NCBI GenBank assembly: GCA_026023565.1
Contig: JAPETS010000019.1
Location: 434,001-498,000, forward strand
Origin: Cirrosporium novae-zelandiae
Lineage: Eukaryota
DNA: 64,000 bases
Reading direction: 5' to 3'
The position numbers and the translations under genes are program-made. The notes under the pieces are model-generated. The model made no database searches, was not told where the DNA came from, and worked only from the letters and a program-made list of their open reading frames with translations. This document shows positions 1-13,910 of the stretch, piece after piece (within the stretch, counting starts at the first letter, position 1; each line of letters begins with the position of its first letter).

Positions 1-196
1 AAACAACTTAATAAATAAAATAAACTTTTTTCATTGAAAAAAAAAAAACCTGAAAAAATTACTTTTGAACATAATTAATTAGATAATAACAATAAAAAGA
101 AGAAGAAAAATATCCTAATTCTTTGTTTATCTAATATGGGAATAAAGGAAATTTGATATTATTTGGGTTTTGGGTTTTGGATTTTGGATTTTTTGT

Positions 197-955
197 TGAA
201 GGGTGAAGGGTGAAGGGTGAAGGGTGAAGGGTGAAGGATGAAGATAGATATATACCTGAGGCAGAGTTTGGTATCGATTATATCTAGAACAAAAGTTCTG
301 TGGTTGGTGGTGGTTCAAGTAATACATAGGCGTCCTCCTCCCCTTTCTCCTCCTCCAAAAGTCCAAAAGCCCAAGATACGAAATAAAAATAAAAGAAGCA
401 CAGAGAGGAATAGATAAGTAACTATCTAATTAAGTAATAACTCAATCTCTTTTGCTCCCTCATCGATTTAACTACTTACTACTCGAGGATAGAGTAGTAT
501 GATAATCGATCGTATCGTTATCCTTATGAGTGATCCACATCCACACACATCCACAACCACAACCACACCCATTCACAAGACAAGCCTTTCTCCAAGATTC
601 ATAAACTAACTAGGCTAGGTAATTAGTCGCAAGTCTCAAAGTCGCAATCCAATCCATCAATCATCCCTCTTCCTTCTTCCCTATTGATCCATTCATCCAT
701 CCTTATCTTTTTTTAACCTAGCAATCAAACAACCACGAACAACAACCCAAAATAGAAAACCCCCCCCCCCCCCCAAATTCAATCCATAAAAAATACCTAA
801 ATTACCTATCCAAGCCTTATCCGTAATCATCCAAGTTTATCAACACAAAGAACCAAACAAAGCAAACGACCCAACCATACCCCTCGCCACCCCTCGCCCC
901 TCCTTTCCTCTAAAAAAGCCAAGCCAAGCCAAGCCAAGCCAAGCCAAGCCAAGCC
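197..955. repeat. Simple repeats (TGAAGGG)5-6 at 197-237 and (AAGCC)8 at 916-955 in a gene-free tract
   Basis: Directly visible. Confidence 0.9.
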
Positions 956-3081
956 AAAGCCCTACTCATCCACGAGCTTCCCAAGGACCTAAGCGGGGAG
1001 CTCCCCCCTTCCACCTCCAAAAAAAGATAAGTAAGCCTTAAGCCTTACCCATCTGACCGCCGCACAGGCTTGCACGGGCTGCTCGGGCGCGCACGCGCTT
1101 CCATCAGGGATGAGGGCTGTACTTGGAAGTAGGAATTATGTATTGTACATGTACTTAGTAGCCTCATGTATGGATGGACGTACCTCTGATTGGATTGGAT
1201 TGGATTGGATTGGATCGCAACCAACTCCTACTTAAGGACAAGTACATGTACATGCATATTAGAGAGCATACAAAGACAACAAGAAAACTAAAATAATCCT
1301 GCAATTTCCATAGCAGAACTATCATGTACTCGCTCGTTCGTATAACCAAGTAAGTCATGTTCCTTTTTTTTCCATTATGATCACACTGATGATGATGATG
1401 GCGATATGTATAGTATATACCTTCTATGTTAAATTCTCTTTTAATTTAAATTAATTAATTTTGTGCTGACACTTCTTTTTCTTCTTCTTGGGGACCGTTT
1501 TCTATTCTTTTTGCATATGTATGCCAATGCCAATGCTGGCTGTGTGTGCGTGTGCGCTGTACATGTACATCATACTTGATTTATCAGGTGGTGCGGGGAA
1601 TTTTTTGTCCAATCCTAATCTATCTCTTATCGAGGGAGGGGGGGGTAAGCTCGATCTGCATGTCTCTCTCTCTCTCTCTCTCTCTCTTTGCTCTAGGAAC
1701 GAATTGTGGCAGTGGTAGTGTGGGTGGTGCGGCGCGGTGCGGTGTGCAGGATGGGATGGGATGGGATGGATTGGATATACATATGTAGGTGTACGTAGGT
1801 AGATAGGTAGGTAGGTGAAAGTTACTGTACAAGATCAAGATCCCTGTAGCTGTAGCTCTCTGTACAAGTACTTAGTAGTTGTAGCTTGTAAAGGTGTTTA
1901 ATTTTACTAAATGGAGGAAAGGATGACTTACCTAATCTTGTTTGAATAAATAGAAAAATAAAACAAGTTTATTAATTATTTATATCACCTTATTGGATCA
2001 ACTGACATATGTAATAATGTGTATGGGATGTGTTTGTTGTGTTTTTGAAAGAGGAACTTACGAAATTCTTGGTTCGGAGAATTTTTGGGTTTTTTTTAGG
2101 CTTTGTTGTTTTGGTTGGTTGAGATGAGAGAAAGAGAATAAGAGGGTTTTGACCACCTGCTTGCTGTGCTAAGTATGTAGCTATGTGTGTATTGTAACTT
2201 TGCGTATGTATGTAGCTTACAGGCCGAGGAACCGTGTGTCCTTTTTCCTTTTCTAGGCGGTTGTGAGTTTGAGTTTTGGGCGATTAGGGAATGAAGGATC
2301 AGGAAGGATTGTTGCATGTAGTTAATGTAAGGTAAATGCTAATGCTGATGCGTGCATCGTGTTTTTTTTTCTTGATGGGGTGCTTGTTAAAGAAAGCTAC
2401 GTGGTTAGGTCGAGAGAGGTAATTAGAGAATGGGAAAACCTATCGGTTTTGGTTCGGTAGTTAGATAACTCCTTAGGCGGGGGAGGGGGAAAGGAGGATG
2501 GAGCTACACATGTCATGTTTGTTTGTTTGTATGCAATCAGAATTAGAATTAGGAATGGAACAGCCAGCAAAATAAATTAAATAATATGAACAAGTTTTTT
2601 TTCCTTTTAGTTGTTTTTGTTGGGCGGTAATTGAGTTTTTGACTGATAAGTCGGTCAATCCGTTCCAGTAAAACTATGCAAGTTGGTGAACAAGCAATAG
2701 AAAAAGAAAAAAGAAAAAACGTAAAATATTATGTTACAGTTCTCCCATTAGTTGAATTTCATTTTTCCCCCTCCCCGACCAAGAGATCCCAAGGCCGTTT
2801 CCAAGACCGTTTCCAAGACCACCAAGCCCGAGATTTTGTAATGCGCCTAGATACCCATCTTTAAAGGAGACCATTTGTGTTGGCCCTAGTGATAACGCCG
2901 AGATACTCCTCAAACTCCCCCCAAAAACAATTATGCCATCTGGTATTAGAGCGGAGGTATCGCATATACAAAAAAGTCTAACCTGACCCATAACATGTGC
3001 GATCGCCAAGCCAGCCGAGGCGATTAAAGCGATAGATTCAACCCATGCGAATATAGAATAACATAGTTCGAGCCAGTTTGC

Positions 3082-5158
3082 TTATCCAGATCCATTGAGA
3101 TAGTTGTCAGGAATAGTGGGCCATGCATCCACGCCGTCCAAGAGCGCCAACGCCATGCCACCGCTTAAATGTGTTTGCATATGACAGTGAATGAAAAAAG
3201 CACCGGGATTCTCAACATGATATCGGACAGCAACCCACGCAGGTCCTTGTAGCACTGCCGCAGTGGTGAAACTGTCCCGCCGTTGTGGTGTCTCGAGATT
3301 AAAGAGGGAACTGTTTGAAGCCATAGCTTGAGCTACATTGTTCCAGGTAAAAGCACCATCGCCCTTCCCGATTATGTAGCCTTTGTTCGAATGTTTATGA
3401 ATGGGATGCGCCGGTTGTGCTGGAGTACCATCGGAGAGGAGGACGTTGAGGACAAGGTCAACCCAAGTATCGTTCAAAGTACGGATAACCAGAGAGGAGT
3501 CGTAGGCTGCATCCGATTGAGGTGAGAAAAGAAGAGGATTATTGTTGTCCCATGTGAGAGGATAGGAGGCGTTGCCATTGAGAGTCCAGTTGTAATTTGC
3601 GCCATTACGTTGGAGTGTCAAGATGTGGGTAGCATCGGCAGTGGGTGCTGGCTTTGATGGAGGAAATGGGACGAGTTGTGATTCGTCCAAAGCAACAACA
3701 TCTGCAGTTGTGTTGGCACCAGCGTAATCAATGTATGGGATCGAAGCACCGGTCTTGGTGGGAGTGTCCTGATAACGGAAAGTCGCAAAACCGGAGAGAA
3801 TTTGGTCAGCATCATTATTAGCGACGCGAATCGTGTAGTCACCTGGCGGCTTATCCAATTTTACGAGCGCTTGATACCGCTCACCGTTATAAATCTCAAG
3901 TGACTCGGCATACTGAGGTACAATGTAGGCACCGTCGACAGCATAAACATACATGGGATGTTCATCAATGGAAACGGTCAATTCCTTGATAGAAGCGGCA
4001 GCAATAAAATTGATGCTAGCCCATCCATCATAGGAAGATACTTCGATGACTGCATTGCTGGTATTGGTGGGGGTACAGCCATCAAGTAAACCTGCAGGTA
4101 TTTTTGAGACGTCATAAGAAAAGTTTCCTTGGGTTCTGGCGGCGGGAATGGGGGGCGTGCATCTGAAGGATGATTTAGCTTATGGCTGAAAATTGTAAAG
4201 GGTTGAACGATTCAGCCGAGCTTACCCTCGATCCGTTACATTGGTCCCGTTTAGAAGCGATTTGAGAGGCGCAGACAACAGGCTCTCCAATGTATCTATA
4301 CTCTGACAATTAACAGATCCTTGTCCATTAACAAGAATACTGTCCACACATCTGCCACTCGGTTAGCCGATGCGACTGCTAAATTTGTGAATTATTACAT
4401 ACGTGAGATCAGCACCAGAATCTGCTTCGGCTGCCAAGTATTCATCAAATGTTAAATGATCCCAATCTGAGAGCATCAGGATCGTTGGATTTTCTTCTGC
4501 AGAGATCATAGCCTCCAAAGTCTCATTGTCATTGTCATTCATGATCGTCGAGAATGGCCTAGGTTCCGATTGGGGTGGTCGAATAAGGAGCGAACCGTAA
4601 AGACCATCTTGGATTTGACCTTGAGCATGCCCATGATACCTGGATCAGTCAGTCGATTGTTCTGACACGTCATTGCTAATCGTACCAATATTGGCCATAT
4701 TCTGTCGCAGTCCACCTGTAGGTAAATGTTCCATTTGTTGGAATAGGTTTCTGGGATACACCAGGAACTCCATCGGACCACGGTGTCCCTATCTGTCTGT
4801 TAAATAGTTAGGAATATATTCTGTGGCAACTGTGGGCAGTGGATGTGGAGCACATACTCGATGCCATGAAAATGAACGGCAGTATCGAAGGGCATATAAT
4901 TATTCACCACAAACTAAATTGTTTAGATTAGCTGATAGCAATGTAAAGCGAGGGATATTCTACCTCGACATCATCTCCATAATCTAATGTCAGTGGTGGG
5001 GCAGGAAATTGGCCATTGGTAAAAATTAGATATCTGGTATTTCCATCCGGAGCACCTTGCTCCCAGGTCAGATCGATCCTAAAGTGAACGGTGGAAGCTA
5101 ACGAGAGGGATGTAAAAAAAAGGAAACAAAGAGTGGAAAGTTGGTTGAACAAGGCCAT
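3082..5158 (-). CDS. Secreted multicopper oxidase (laccase, Abr2-like), about 5 introns
   Basis: Signal peptide MALFNQLSTLCFLFFTSLSLA. All four copper motifs can be read across exons: HFHG (~4863-4875), WYHGH (~4627-4688), HPIHKH and HCHMQTHLSGGM. Introns include 4914-4963, 4797-4857 and 4640-4685. Confidence 0.93.
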
Positions 5159-8100
5159 GGTTAGTGTATTCCTCCTAATCAAGCAGTTGAGACGACAAGC
5201 ATGGGAGTGTGATGGACATCGAGGAGCTCCCAGCCATCCTATATATGTAAAGGTTGACCACAAGAGAATACTGCAGGACCACTGAAGTTAAGATCTACCC
5301 GTCCAAGCCTCCAAGCCTACAAGCGCACCAAAGTAGCCAACGTAATCCAGTTAGGAAATGAACATAGTCCTAAGGCCTGTTAGTTCTGGCCAGGGCGGTC
5401 ATAGCCGAGTAATCTCAATAATGTATTTCCCTAGGGGAATAACGAATGAAAATGTCTTAGGAAACTGACAGAGAAAGACCAAGCTAGGATGGACATCTCG
5501 AGAAAAGAAAGTTGAGTACCCATGGTATGCTAAGCCTTTGCAAATCATATGGGTTGTATGGAAAATATTCCGAAAATTGGACGAAACCGATAGGTCGAGA
5601 TACCCTTTTTTTTTTCAGAGAACTTATGATGCGATATGTGATGGTGGGTCCATGGATACCATAGGTATCATTTGGTAGGGATTAGCTGGGTTGGTACAGG
5701 TTGGGACCCAAGACATGGCATTTGGAACCCTTGACAAGTATCAATTTAACCTCTCAATAGTTTTGCCTACAATCGGAGTATTAGGCTTTCCAAGTGTTTT
5801 TCTCAGAAACAAGACATCTTTTAAAGCGTTGATGGTGGCATCGGCATCCGAGAGTTTCGAGACCATCTAAAGAAGCGTGGCATGTCGGCCACCGAGACAG
5901 CGAGAGAACCAGAGCCAACTAACGACAGCCATCCGAGGCTCTATTACCGCTTGACCTCTGACATATTTTGCTTAATTTGCAGTAATCTGATGCATTATTT
6001 TTCTTATTCGAGAAAGGGTCCCAAGTCACAAGTAAAGATACGCGTCTGATCCAGTCTCACAGTCTTTTTTGTTATGATTGTTTATGATGAATTAGTTGAA
6101 TATTTTTTTGTTATTGCAAGAATGTCAATTCTGCTGTTTGGATAAGCTTAAATCACCCTAAGCTCAATTGATAGTTAATCTAGGCATCTTTTGGACACAT
6201 CTCCATTTTCTTTCTCTTGATAATTTGGGTAAACGATGGCAATCACTGAATTCATAATGTTAGGTACGTATCATCATAGCATTCAAAAGTACTTTGATAC
6301 TTGTCCCAAACTGACTTTGAAGGGCTGACCATGTCTGCATAGATGCGCTACGTACCTGCATCCTCTCAAACGCCAGATTGACTTTGCGTCGCCGCTTTCC
6401 TAGACACGACTTGCCAAATCTGAATATTCTGAAGCCATGGCTCCACAGTGGACAACAAGCATTTTCAATGAAACAGCCCTTTCAATAACTTAACCGAGAG
6501 CCTTTTCTCAATATCATATCCAAAACGCAGTGGGACTTCCATTCAGCCGGTCCTGTTGAGAATTCCTTTTACCATCCTACCGAGTCATCGTCCTCCCATT
6601 TGGTGCGACGACGTCCCGGAGGATAACCAAGGCCATGGAATCCTTGACGCCCGTCATAGATGGTACGGGGAAGACCTAATCGTTTTCTTATTAGGTTTCT
6701 CGGTTAGCTCTCCTTCTAATATGTTTGAATCATTGATGCTTCTTCCTGCGACCACTTCGTGGATCTAAAGCCACCCTCGCATTCCATCCAACATCTCTTT
6801 GTTTCGAATGCCAATCTTAAGGTACCGTTTTATCCAAATAATATTGTACCACTCCCTTGAATGGCTCGCGGTTCAATATTCACCTAATCCTGACTGGAAT
6901 TCTCCATTTAACTTGCGGCTATGCTTCCAATACACCATTTTCGTGCAGGAATCGCATTCAATCCCACTTTAGATTAATATTATATGCAGGGATTGCTTGG
7001 TAGGACCCTTTCGCTACTTTAGACATAATCCAGCATTTTCCGACTTCATAAGATGCTGGATGATCAAGGATTTTCGCCACATATCATCATATAGTGATCT
7101 GAAGTCTGGCTGATTCCAGTACTCATGAAACATTGATTGCCAGCTCGGCTTAATAAGAGGTAGATGGTGTGTCTCCACCAAATATAACCGTTTGAGGAAT
7201 TTACAAAATTATTCAGCCGTCCCGTTCTCCTCTTATTTTCCGATAGTGCCATATCAACGGTAAAGAATTGTTCTGACTGCCAAGTCTCCCATAGAATTTA
7301 GACCAGAACTTAGCCGCGTGTGCTGTTGTGATATGTCATTTAATACATTAGTAGGATATTTTTTGCATGTGTTGTTGAAAAGACTTGGCTTCCTTGACGG
7401 TGGCCTCGGCGGACCGTCATCCGGTGTGCGATTAAATGCCAAGTCAACCTATAATGAAATGTTGTAGATCCGTGCAACTTTTGATATTTTACTATCTGAA
7501 AAGGGATATAATTCATTAACCTAAAGGATTGCTTCTGGGCTCGGTGGCCACAATAAATAGTCCTGACCACTCCTATGCAATGCATGATTTGAGGTGGTGT
7601 GAACAAGACTTTGTCAAATCGACGACGAATATAGTCGGATGATCTGCTCAACATGCTTCAATGGTGATGCTATTATTATTCTTGTTATGACTTTCAACCC
7701 AATGCCTTTCCTCCTCCCATCGCCTATATGCATTAGGAACGAATGCTGGCGCTATTACCAAGACCTCCATCATCTATTTCCGCCAAGACATCCGCTTTAC
7801 GTAGATTCTCGGAGCTGTTCAAAAGGTGGATGTGCCAAGGATATTGTACCTTAGCAAGGAGTTCCGCTCTGCACAGGTAGACTAACTATTGAGATGCACT
7901 CGACTAGTCCGCCCAGATATATTCATAAATACGAGGAGGCCTTGGCTTGATGCAATTAATCGCTAGGAACGATTTTTGCTCACTGAACAGAGGTCATTGA
8001 AGAAGAAGCGATCCAATACTCATCACTCCAAAGTTCATGTCACGATTTGAGATACAAGAACTGCCGTTATCAAAGCCCTAATGGAGTTGTTTGCATCTGA

Positions 8101-8577
8101 GGCTAACGAGACATTGACAATATCGGCCCTTTTAGCAGGATCTTTTTAACTATGGGCTACGTGACGAATTTAATCAAGTCGGCGGTTCTAACAGTTTGAA
8201 GTAGACTGATGGAAATGTGAGGATTGAAGAGTCCTTATGAACATTCCCTTTAATACACTACTTCATGTCGTAACTTCTAGGTGGGGGTTTTGATTGGTAA
8301 GTAGACTTGAAGACATTTTCTGCTTATTTTCTTCAACAGTAATGTAGCTAGAAGAAAGACCCCGTTATTAGGGTAGCTTTTGCTCATCTCTAAACCATTT
8401 ACTTCTCCAGATAGCGGTCTATGATTCACTCTTGTCAACCCATATTCTACAAACGGTAACAAAAAGGCTTACATTAATTTCTTCTATCTCTCCACTCCTT
8501 TCCTAACCACGATCTCGCATCTAGAGTTTTCTATACCCCAAACCCTGAGTATAAGCCAACTAAGAGAAACAAGCAAT

Positions 8578-9069
8578 ATGGCATTCAGCTTTATCCCACT
8601 ATTCACAACCCTCCTCTTCCTCACCCTAGTCGCTGGCGCTCCCGCTAACATGACGCTCATCACAAGGGATGCCGACCTTCCAGCTGGTCTTCCAGACTTC
8701 GAGTTCACCTGCGCAGAAACCGAAGGCTTGCTTGACAAATCAATTGGTCTCTGCTGTTACGACCAAGACTATCCCGACATCTGGTGTAAGTCTGCCATGC
8801 TTGTCCTTGTTTCATCAATAGCTTATCTTTACTTGACTACAGGTGAATATTCTGGCGGCGGCGACTACGGCGTCTACTCTTGCACCCAAGGAGATTGGAC
8901 CCATGGAAATTCACTTCATGCATGGTGCTGTGATCCTGATTGGTGTATCTTTGGATCTGGAACTCCATTTGTAAGTTTGCTTGTGTTTATTGTTCAGGGA
9001 GATTCTTTCCAGATCATTAATATGTGATAGGGACCTTGTTTGGCACCAGAGTGCTACATGCTGTTCTAG
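8578..9069 (+). CDS. Small secreted cysteine-rich protein, 124 aa, hydrophobin-like Cys pattern
   Basis: Exons 8578-8785, 8843-8970 and 9031-9069, both introns GTAAGT...AG. Signal peptide present. Spliced product has C-X13-CC-X9-C-X12-C-X14-CC-X4-C-X10-C-X4-C. Confidence 0.8.
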
Positions 9070-9749
9070 ACGAGCTATCCCCTTTTCCCTTTCGCCAATC
9101 CTCATATGCGCAAACCAAGCCAATAATCAATTTTTTAATAGGGGCTTTTAGGAAAGGAAAATGAAGCAAATATGGCGATAGCGTGTGACTTGGGTTGACT
9201 AGTCTTATGGCACTACTGTAGCCTTGCTTTCTTGACGGAGATGCAGGGTTCTGGATAATAGTGTGAACTTGCAATTTATACCGAGGTAGACTAGGTATAG
9301 CTAGGTAGGAAATCAACTAAAATTGAACTGCTAGTTCCGGGTTGTTTTATCAAGATATTCCAGAGTACCATGAACATTAGACAATCCAAGTAAACTTCTA
9401 TTAGCGCATATATTGTTGATTTATACGTTGTACGAACCATGTAAGCCAAGAAGAGCCAAGACATTAGAGTAGAATATCCTTTACCTCCCACATGCCTCCC
9501 CGCAAATTGCTATAGACTAGAAGAATATAACACTCAAGTCAACACAGCAGGCTATTTTTACTGGACAATCTGTCCTCTTATTCTAGACCTCGTAACTCAA
9601 CATATATCACATCACACCGTGAATGATCTAGAGCTCGTAGAACTTGGATATCTATCTCGGAAGTTCGCCAAGATATAATTATATGTAGAGACAATTTATC
9701 ACACAGTTCAAAGACAAGTGTAGTACAGTACAAATCTATCCGACTTATT

Positions 9750-10077
9750 TGTTATAAATATCAAATTAACCCAGGTGTCTACTCTCAGCATATTCATTTA
9801 TCCAATTAGTTGAAAATGATATTAATTAATTAATATAAAATTCTAAAAGTGGAACAGAGATTAAGAAAAGAAATTTAATCTTAAGTTTAGGTCTAGAGAA
9901 ACAGACAGGGGTTGCATTTTATTTTTATATATAAGTATATAGGGTTTATGGATAAGCCTTTTAGATAGATTGATGGATGGTTTGAGCGATGTGGCTGATG
10001 GACGAGGAGTGTGTTGATGGACATGAAGCAGCCATTAAGCGGAGGGCTTGTTGGATGGTGTTTGATGGTGTGTAACA
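9750..10077 (-). mobile_element. Possible degenerate solo LTR
   Basis: Bounded by TGTTAT (9750) and GTAACA (10077), with TGTTA/TAACA inverted termini. Internal TATA-like tract on the minus strand and AT/TpA-rich sequence. No matching TSD (TTATT vs CAAAG). Confidence 0.35.
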
Positions 10078-10561
10078 CAAAGGCCATGCTAAGACATTAG
10101 CGTCCCTCATAGCCGACGAGTCTAACACAGCCTTATCGCAACAACGAGAACACTAGCAACCACCAGCCTTACAGCCTGCATTATTATTCAGCCGATCATC
10201 TCCAACTCCAAGCCATCAGCATCTTTTCCCTAAAACGGGTATTTCTGTTACGTGCTAATATGCCACATGAATACGAACAATTTAATAGTAGATCAGGTGT
10301 TCTCTACCATATCATCTTTCATACTCTTGGTTGATGGCGCCTTAACACAGGATTTCCTAGATAGGAACTCATCTTAGGATTAATAATATATAGGGGGACT
10401 TTCTGTTGAACAATTATTGCATTCTTGCGTTGTTGTGAACCGTACAATTCTTGTTCGTGGCAACACTTTCTAACTAGCTGCTAAAGGAGGAGCAGAGTCA
10501 GCAGGGGTGGGAGGGAGAGCCTTGCATAAGAAGGTATAGACTATCTCAAACAGCTTGGGAG

Positions 10562-10662
10562 TTTGGAGTGTCCCTGGAGTGCCCTTTGGAGTGTCCCTAG
10601 AGTGCCCTTTGGAGTGCCCTAGTATGCCCTTTGGAGTGCCCTAGTATGCCCTGGTGTGCCCC
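10562..10662. repeat. Minisatellite, about 9 units of a (TTT)GGAGTGCCC / TAGTATGCCC core
   Basis: Tandem units of 10-13 bp are directly visible and alternate as a ~22-23 bp dimer. Confidence 0.85.
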
Positions 10663-10852
10663 TCACGTGATGACGTACTGTTACTGACAGTCTACAAGAG
10701 TAGGCTGTATCCCATCCTCATTTTGGCCTCTTTTTCGAGCACTTAGCTACCTTGCATGTACCTTATTGGTTCGGTTCATCTTTTTTTTGTACGATTTAGT
10801 TCTCACAACGCCTGTGCCCTTCCTGCAAAAACGCCCTGATTATCTAACCGTC

Positions 10853-11719
10853 ATGTCTCAATCCAACCAATTCAATCAGATTCCGCCCTTTTGGGAACAT
10901 GCCACGCCGTCCTCGACTTCTGGAACTCAACACCAGTTTAGCGCACAGTTACCTGTAGGGTAGGTTTTTTTTTAAGCTGACGTTTCTCGCTTAAGCAGCC
11001 TGGATCTTTCCTTCTGTCCTATAGGAGAATGCTCCTTACCTTTCGAGACATTGAGAGAAACCTTTGACCACCTTCGTCATGCTCACCTAGGCAAAGTCTT
11101 CCCGTATATTGAAGACGTTCGGACCTGTTATAATCTGCTCGGAAAATCCAGTGGTCCCGTCACCCAGATAGTCAACAATGCTGTAGTCAATCAATATGTT
11201 GATGAAAATGTTCATCCATCTGTGATGGTGGGAATCGGCATTCCAAGGAATTATGGCATTGCCTACAATGCTAACGTTCTGACATATTCTCCTCAGCCCG
11301 GACAAGCCAACTATTCCATCGACAAAATGACTCACAACACTGTCGACAATGCTTATTTTGTGGATGAAAATGCTCATCCATCCTCGATGGCAAGTGTCAT
11401 TCCAGAGAATTATGCCACTGCATCAACCGTACTAGGCGGTAGCAGTAATCTCGCCGACCTTCCTCTTACCCCTGAGGTTAGAGCGGACGTTACTCTAGGG
11501 CGAGCTAGTGTCACCGACGATATCCCTTTTCGGTGCACTCAATGCAATGCCACCTTCGCTCGTCAAGCAGATCTCAACCGTCATATAAAAAAGCATAAAG
11601 AAGGTCTGCGGGAGTTCCAGTGCCATTTCCCCGGCTGCGCCTTCAATGGATCTAACGGGTTCTATCGAAAGGACAAGCTTAAGGATCATCAGCGCATGAA
11701 GCATAAAATGGTCATTTGA
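10853..11719 (+). CDS. C2H2 zinc-finger protein (putative transcription factor), three fingers
   Basis: C-terminal fingers CTQC...HIKKH and CHFPGC...HQRMKH. A further finger, CPIGEC...HLRHAH, begins in frame upstream of the tracked ORF start (~11015-11086). ATG at 10853 requires a short intron near 10948/10960-10995/10998 (branch GCTGAC at 10976). The exact splice sites are uncertain. Confidence 0.8.
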
Positions 11720-13910
11720 TAGGGCCACATACCCAGAGTCTATTTGTATCTCTAAAGACCAGAATCGACTTTGGGCTTCACACGGGAAGATGGGAATCTG
11801 ATTAAGGGAGAACTGGGGGCTCATGGGGGGCAATATCGGGAACGTGGAAAAGATCTTGCAAAAACAAAGGCTATGATCATGAACGAATTTTCGGGTTATC
11901 TTTTATTGACATTAGTGTCATTTATTTAGCTGTCTCTTTTACGATAGTATCCTATCAACAGTTACAGCGTATAGCTCTCATCCCTTGAGCTTCTACTTCT
12001 AGTCGAGCTTCCCTTCTACTTACCCCTAAGCTTACCCCATCCCTCATCTCCCCCATCTACATATCACCTCCACCTCCATCTCCACAACAATCCCACAACA
12101 ATCCCATCCCATGCCCTCTCCTCTCCATAACTCAACCCCCTAACCTAAAAAAACCTATCCACCCTCAAAAGACCAACCACCTACCCAGGTAATCCAAACC
12201 AATCCAAACCAACCCAAACTAACCCCTTTCTAATACATTTTATCAATTTACACGATGCTTTAAGATCCGGTCTAAGCTCGTAGGACTATACTATATGTAT
12301 GTATACAGTAAAAAAGAGGAATCCTACTCGCAACTCTACAAAAATAAACAAACCCTAAGGATATTTTTTATAGCTTCGAGTCTACTCGAGTAGGAGGAAA
12401 GTATCTAGGTAGTTAGTGGTGGTGCCTAGAGTAATGGGGCCCGGGCCGACAGCACCGACGGCACCGACGGCACCGACGGTGCCGATATACCGATGTGCTA
12501 AGCCTTCTCTTAAAATTCTATTCAATATTTACTTCCTCCCTTTACTCCACTCCACAACATTACGTATAGAGAGGTATGTGTATACGAATGCCGGATACCG
12601 AATCATCCTACAATCCTACCATACAAGCAAGCAGGATAGGCAAGGCAAGGCCTTCAGCGATAGCAACCAACATCCCAAATCATCAAATTACCGCATCCCG
12701 AAAAGCAAATCCTACCTACTTTACCGATTTGACCTAATCAACTTTAAAACCAATTATAAATAAAATAATTACAACAACGATGACAAAAATCCAAGGAGTT
12801 TACACTAATTCACTCACTACACAAACACAAGCACAACTAATATAAAATTATCGATTTATCAAATTAGTTCTCTGACTAAATGAAAAGTTAATGTTTTGGC
12901 TTTAATGTTTTGATTTGATGGAATTCTTCTGTTGTGTGTGTGTGTGTATGTTAGTTGAAGATAGATCAAGTTTAAGGATGGGGAATAAGGGTTTTGGGGA
13001 TTGGTTGGTTTAGGAGTGAGGGAGGTGCTGAATGTTGAATAACGAATATTGATGTGTAGATGGAGATGGATCCTGCATATGGATGGACGCGCATTTTCAA
13101 GAGCAAGAGCAAGGGCGAGGATCGGACACCTATCTCTCCATCAATCTCCGATTAGGGATCTAAGGAACAAGTGGGTGAGGGAGTTGTCCGTTTGGTCTTT
13201 ATTTTTCTTTCTGAGGAGAGGTAGAAAGGCAGGGAGAGTATGTGTGCTGAATCTGTGAGTTTTTCTGTGTTGTGTTGTACTGTACTGTGGTGGAGTTGAA
13301 GTCGGAAGTCGGAATTGTCGAGAAATAAAGAAAACCCCCTTGGTTCCTCTGGGGGTGAGTGTTTGTTGCTCTTTGGGATTTGGGATTTTTCACCCTTTTC
13401 CTTTCTTTTGTTTCTTTTTATAAGGCTATCGGACTACTTCATATACACCACAGACAGACTTGCCCAGGCAAAGAACCCCCTCCCCCTCCCCGGACAAACA
13501 TGCCCAAACCTACCACCACCATACCTCGCATCACCCCATTATCAGTACGGGCCCCAACGGCCTAATCCTTACCTCATTCTTTCTATTATCAAATATACGT
13601 ACGTGGACTCTGATTTCTAGGTTTCTAGACATGCCTAGCCCCTCCTCTCTTCGCGACGACAACTACTTCGACGACGAGCCCACGGGCTTTCCCCACCGTT
13701 TTAGCAGATCCACCCGGTCTTACTACGACGATTATAGCCTCTCGCCGGCACCCCGACGGGGCCCCCCATCTAGCACAAGCCGCTGCAGCCAGTTTAGGAT
13801 ACCCTAAGTGATTCAATGAAAGGATAGCCTTGACATTTATTTTTTTATCCAACTCATAAGGTATCTCTTATCTACATAGACATGTCATGAAACATAAAGC
13901 ATCGGCTCTT

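Noticed and set aside
197..237. Telomere-like TGAAGGG repeats
   Set aside because: Not the TTAGGG fungal unit, internal and short. It is an ordinary microsatellite.
10562..10662. CRISPR-like array
   Set aside because: No unique spacers, units are only 10-13 bp, and the genome is eukaryotic.
13631..13807. 58-aa Ser/Arg/Asp-rich ORF (MPSPSSLRDD...)
   Set aside because: Plausible, but it has no motif or other support, so it is left uncalled.
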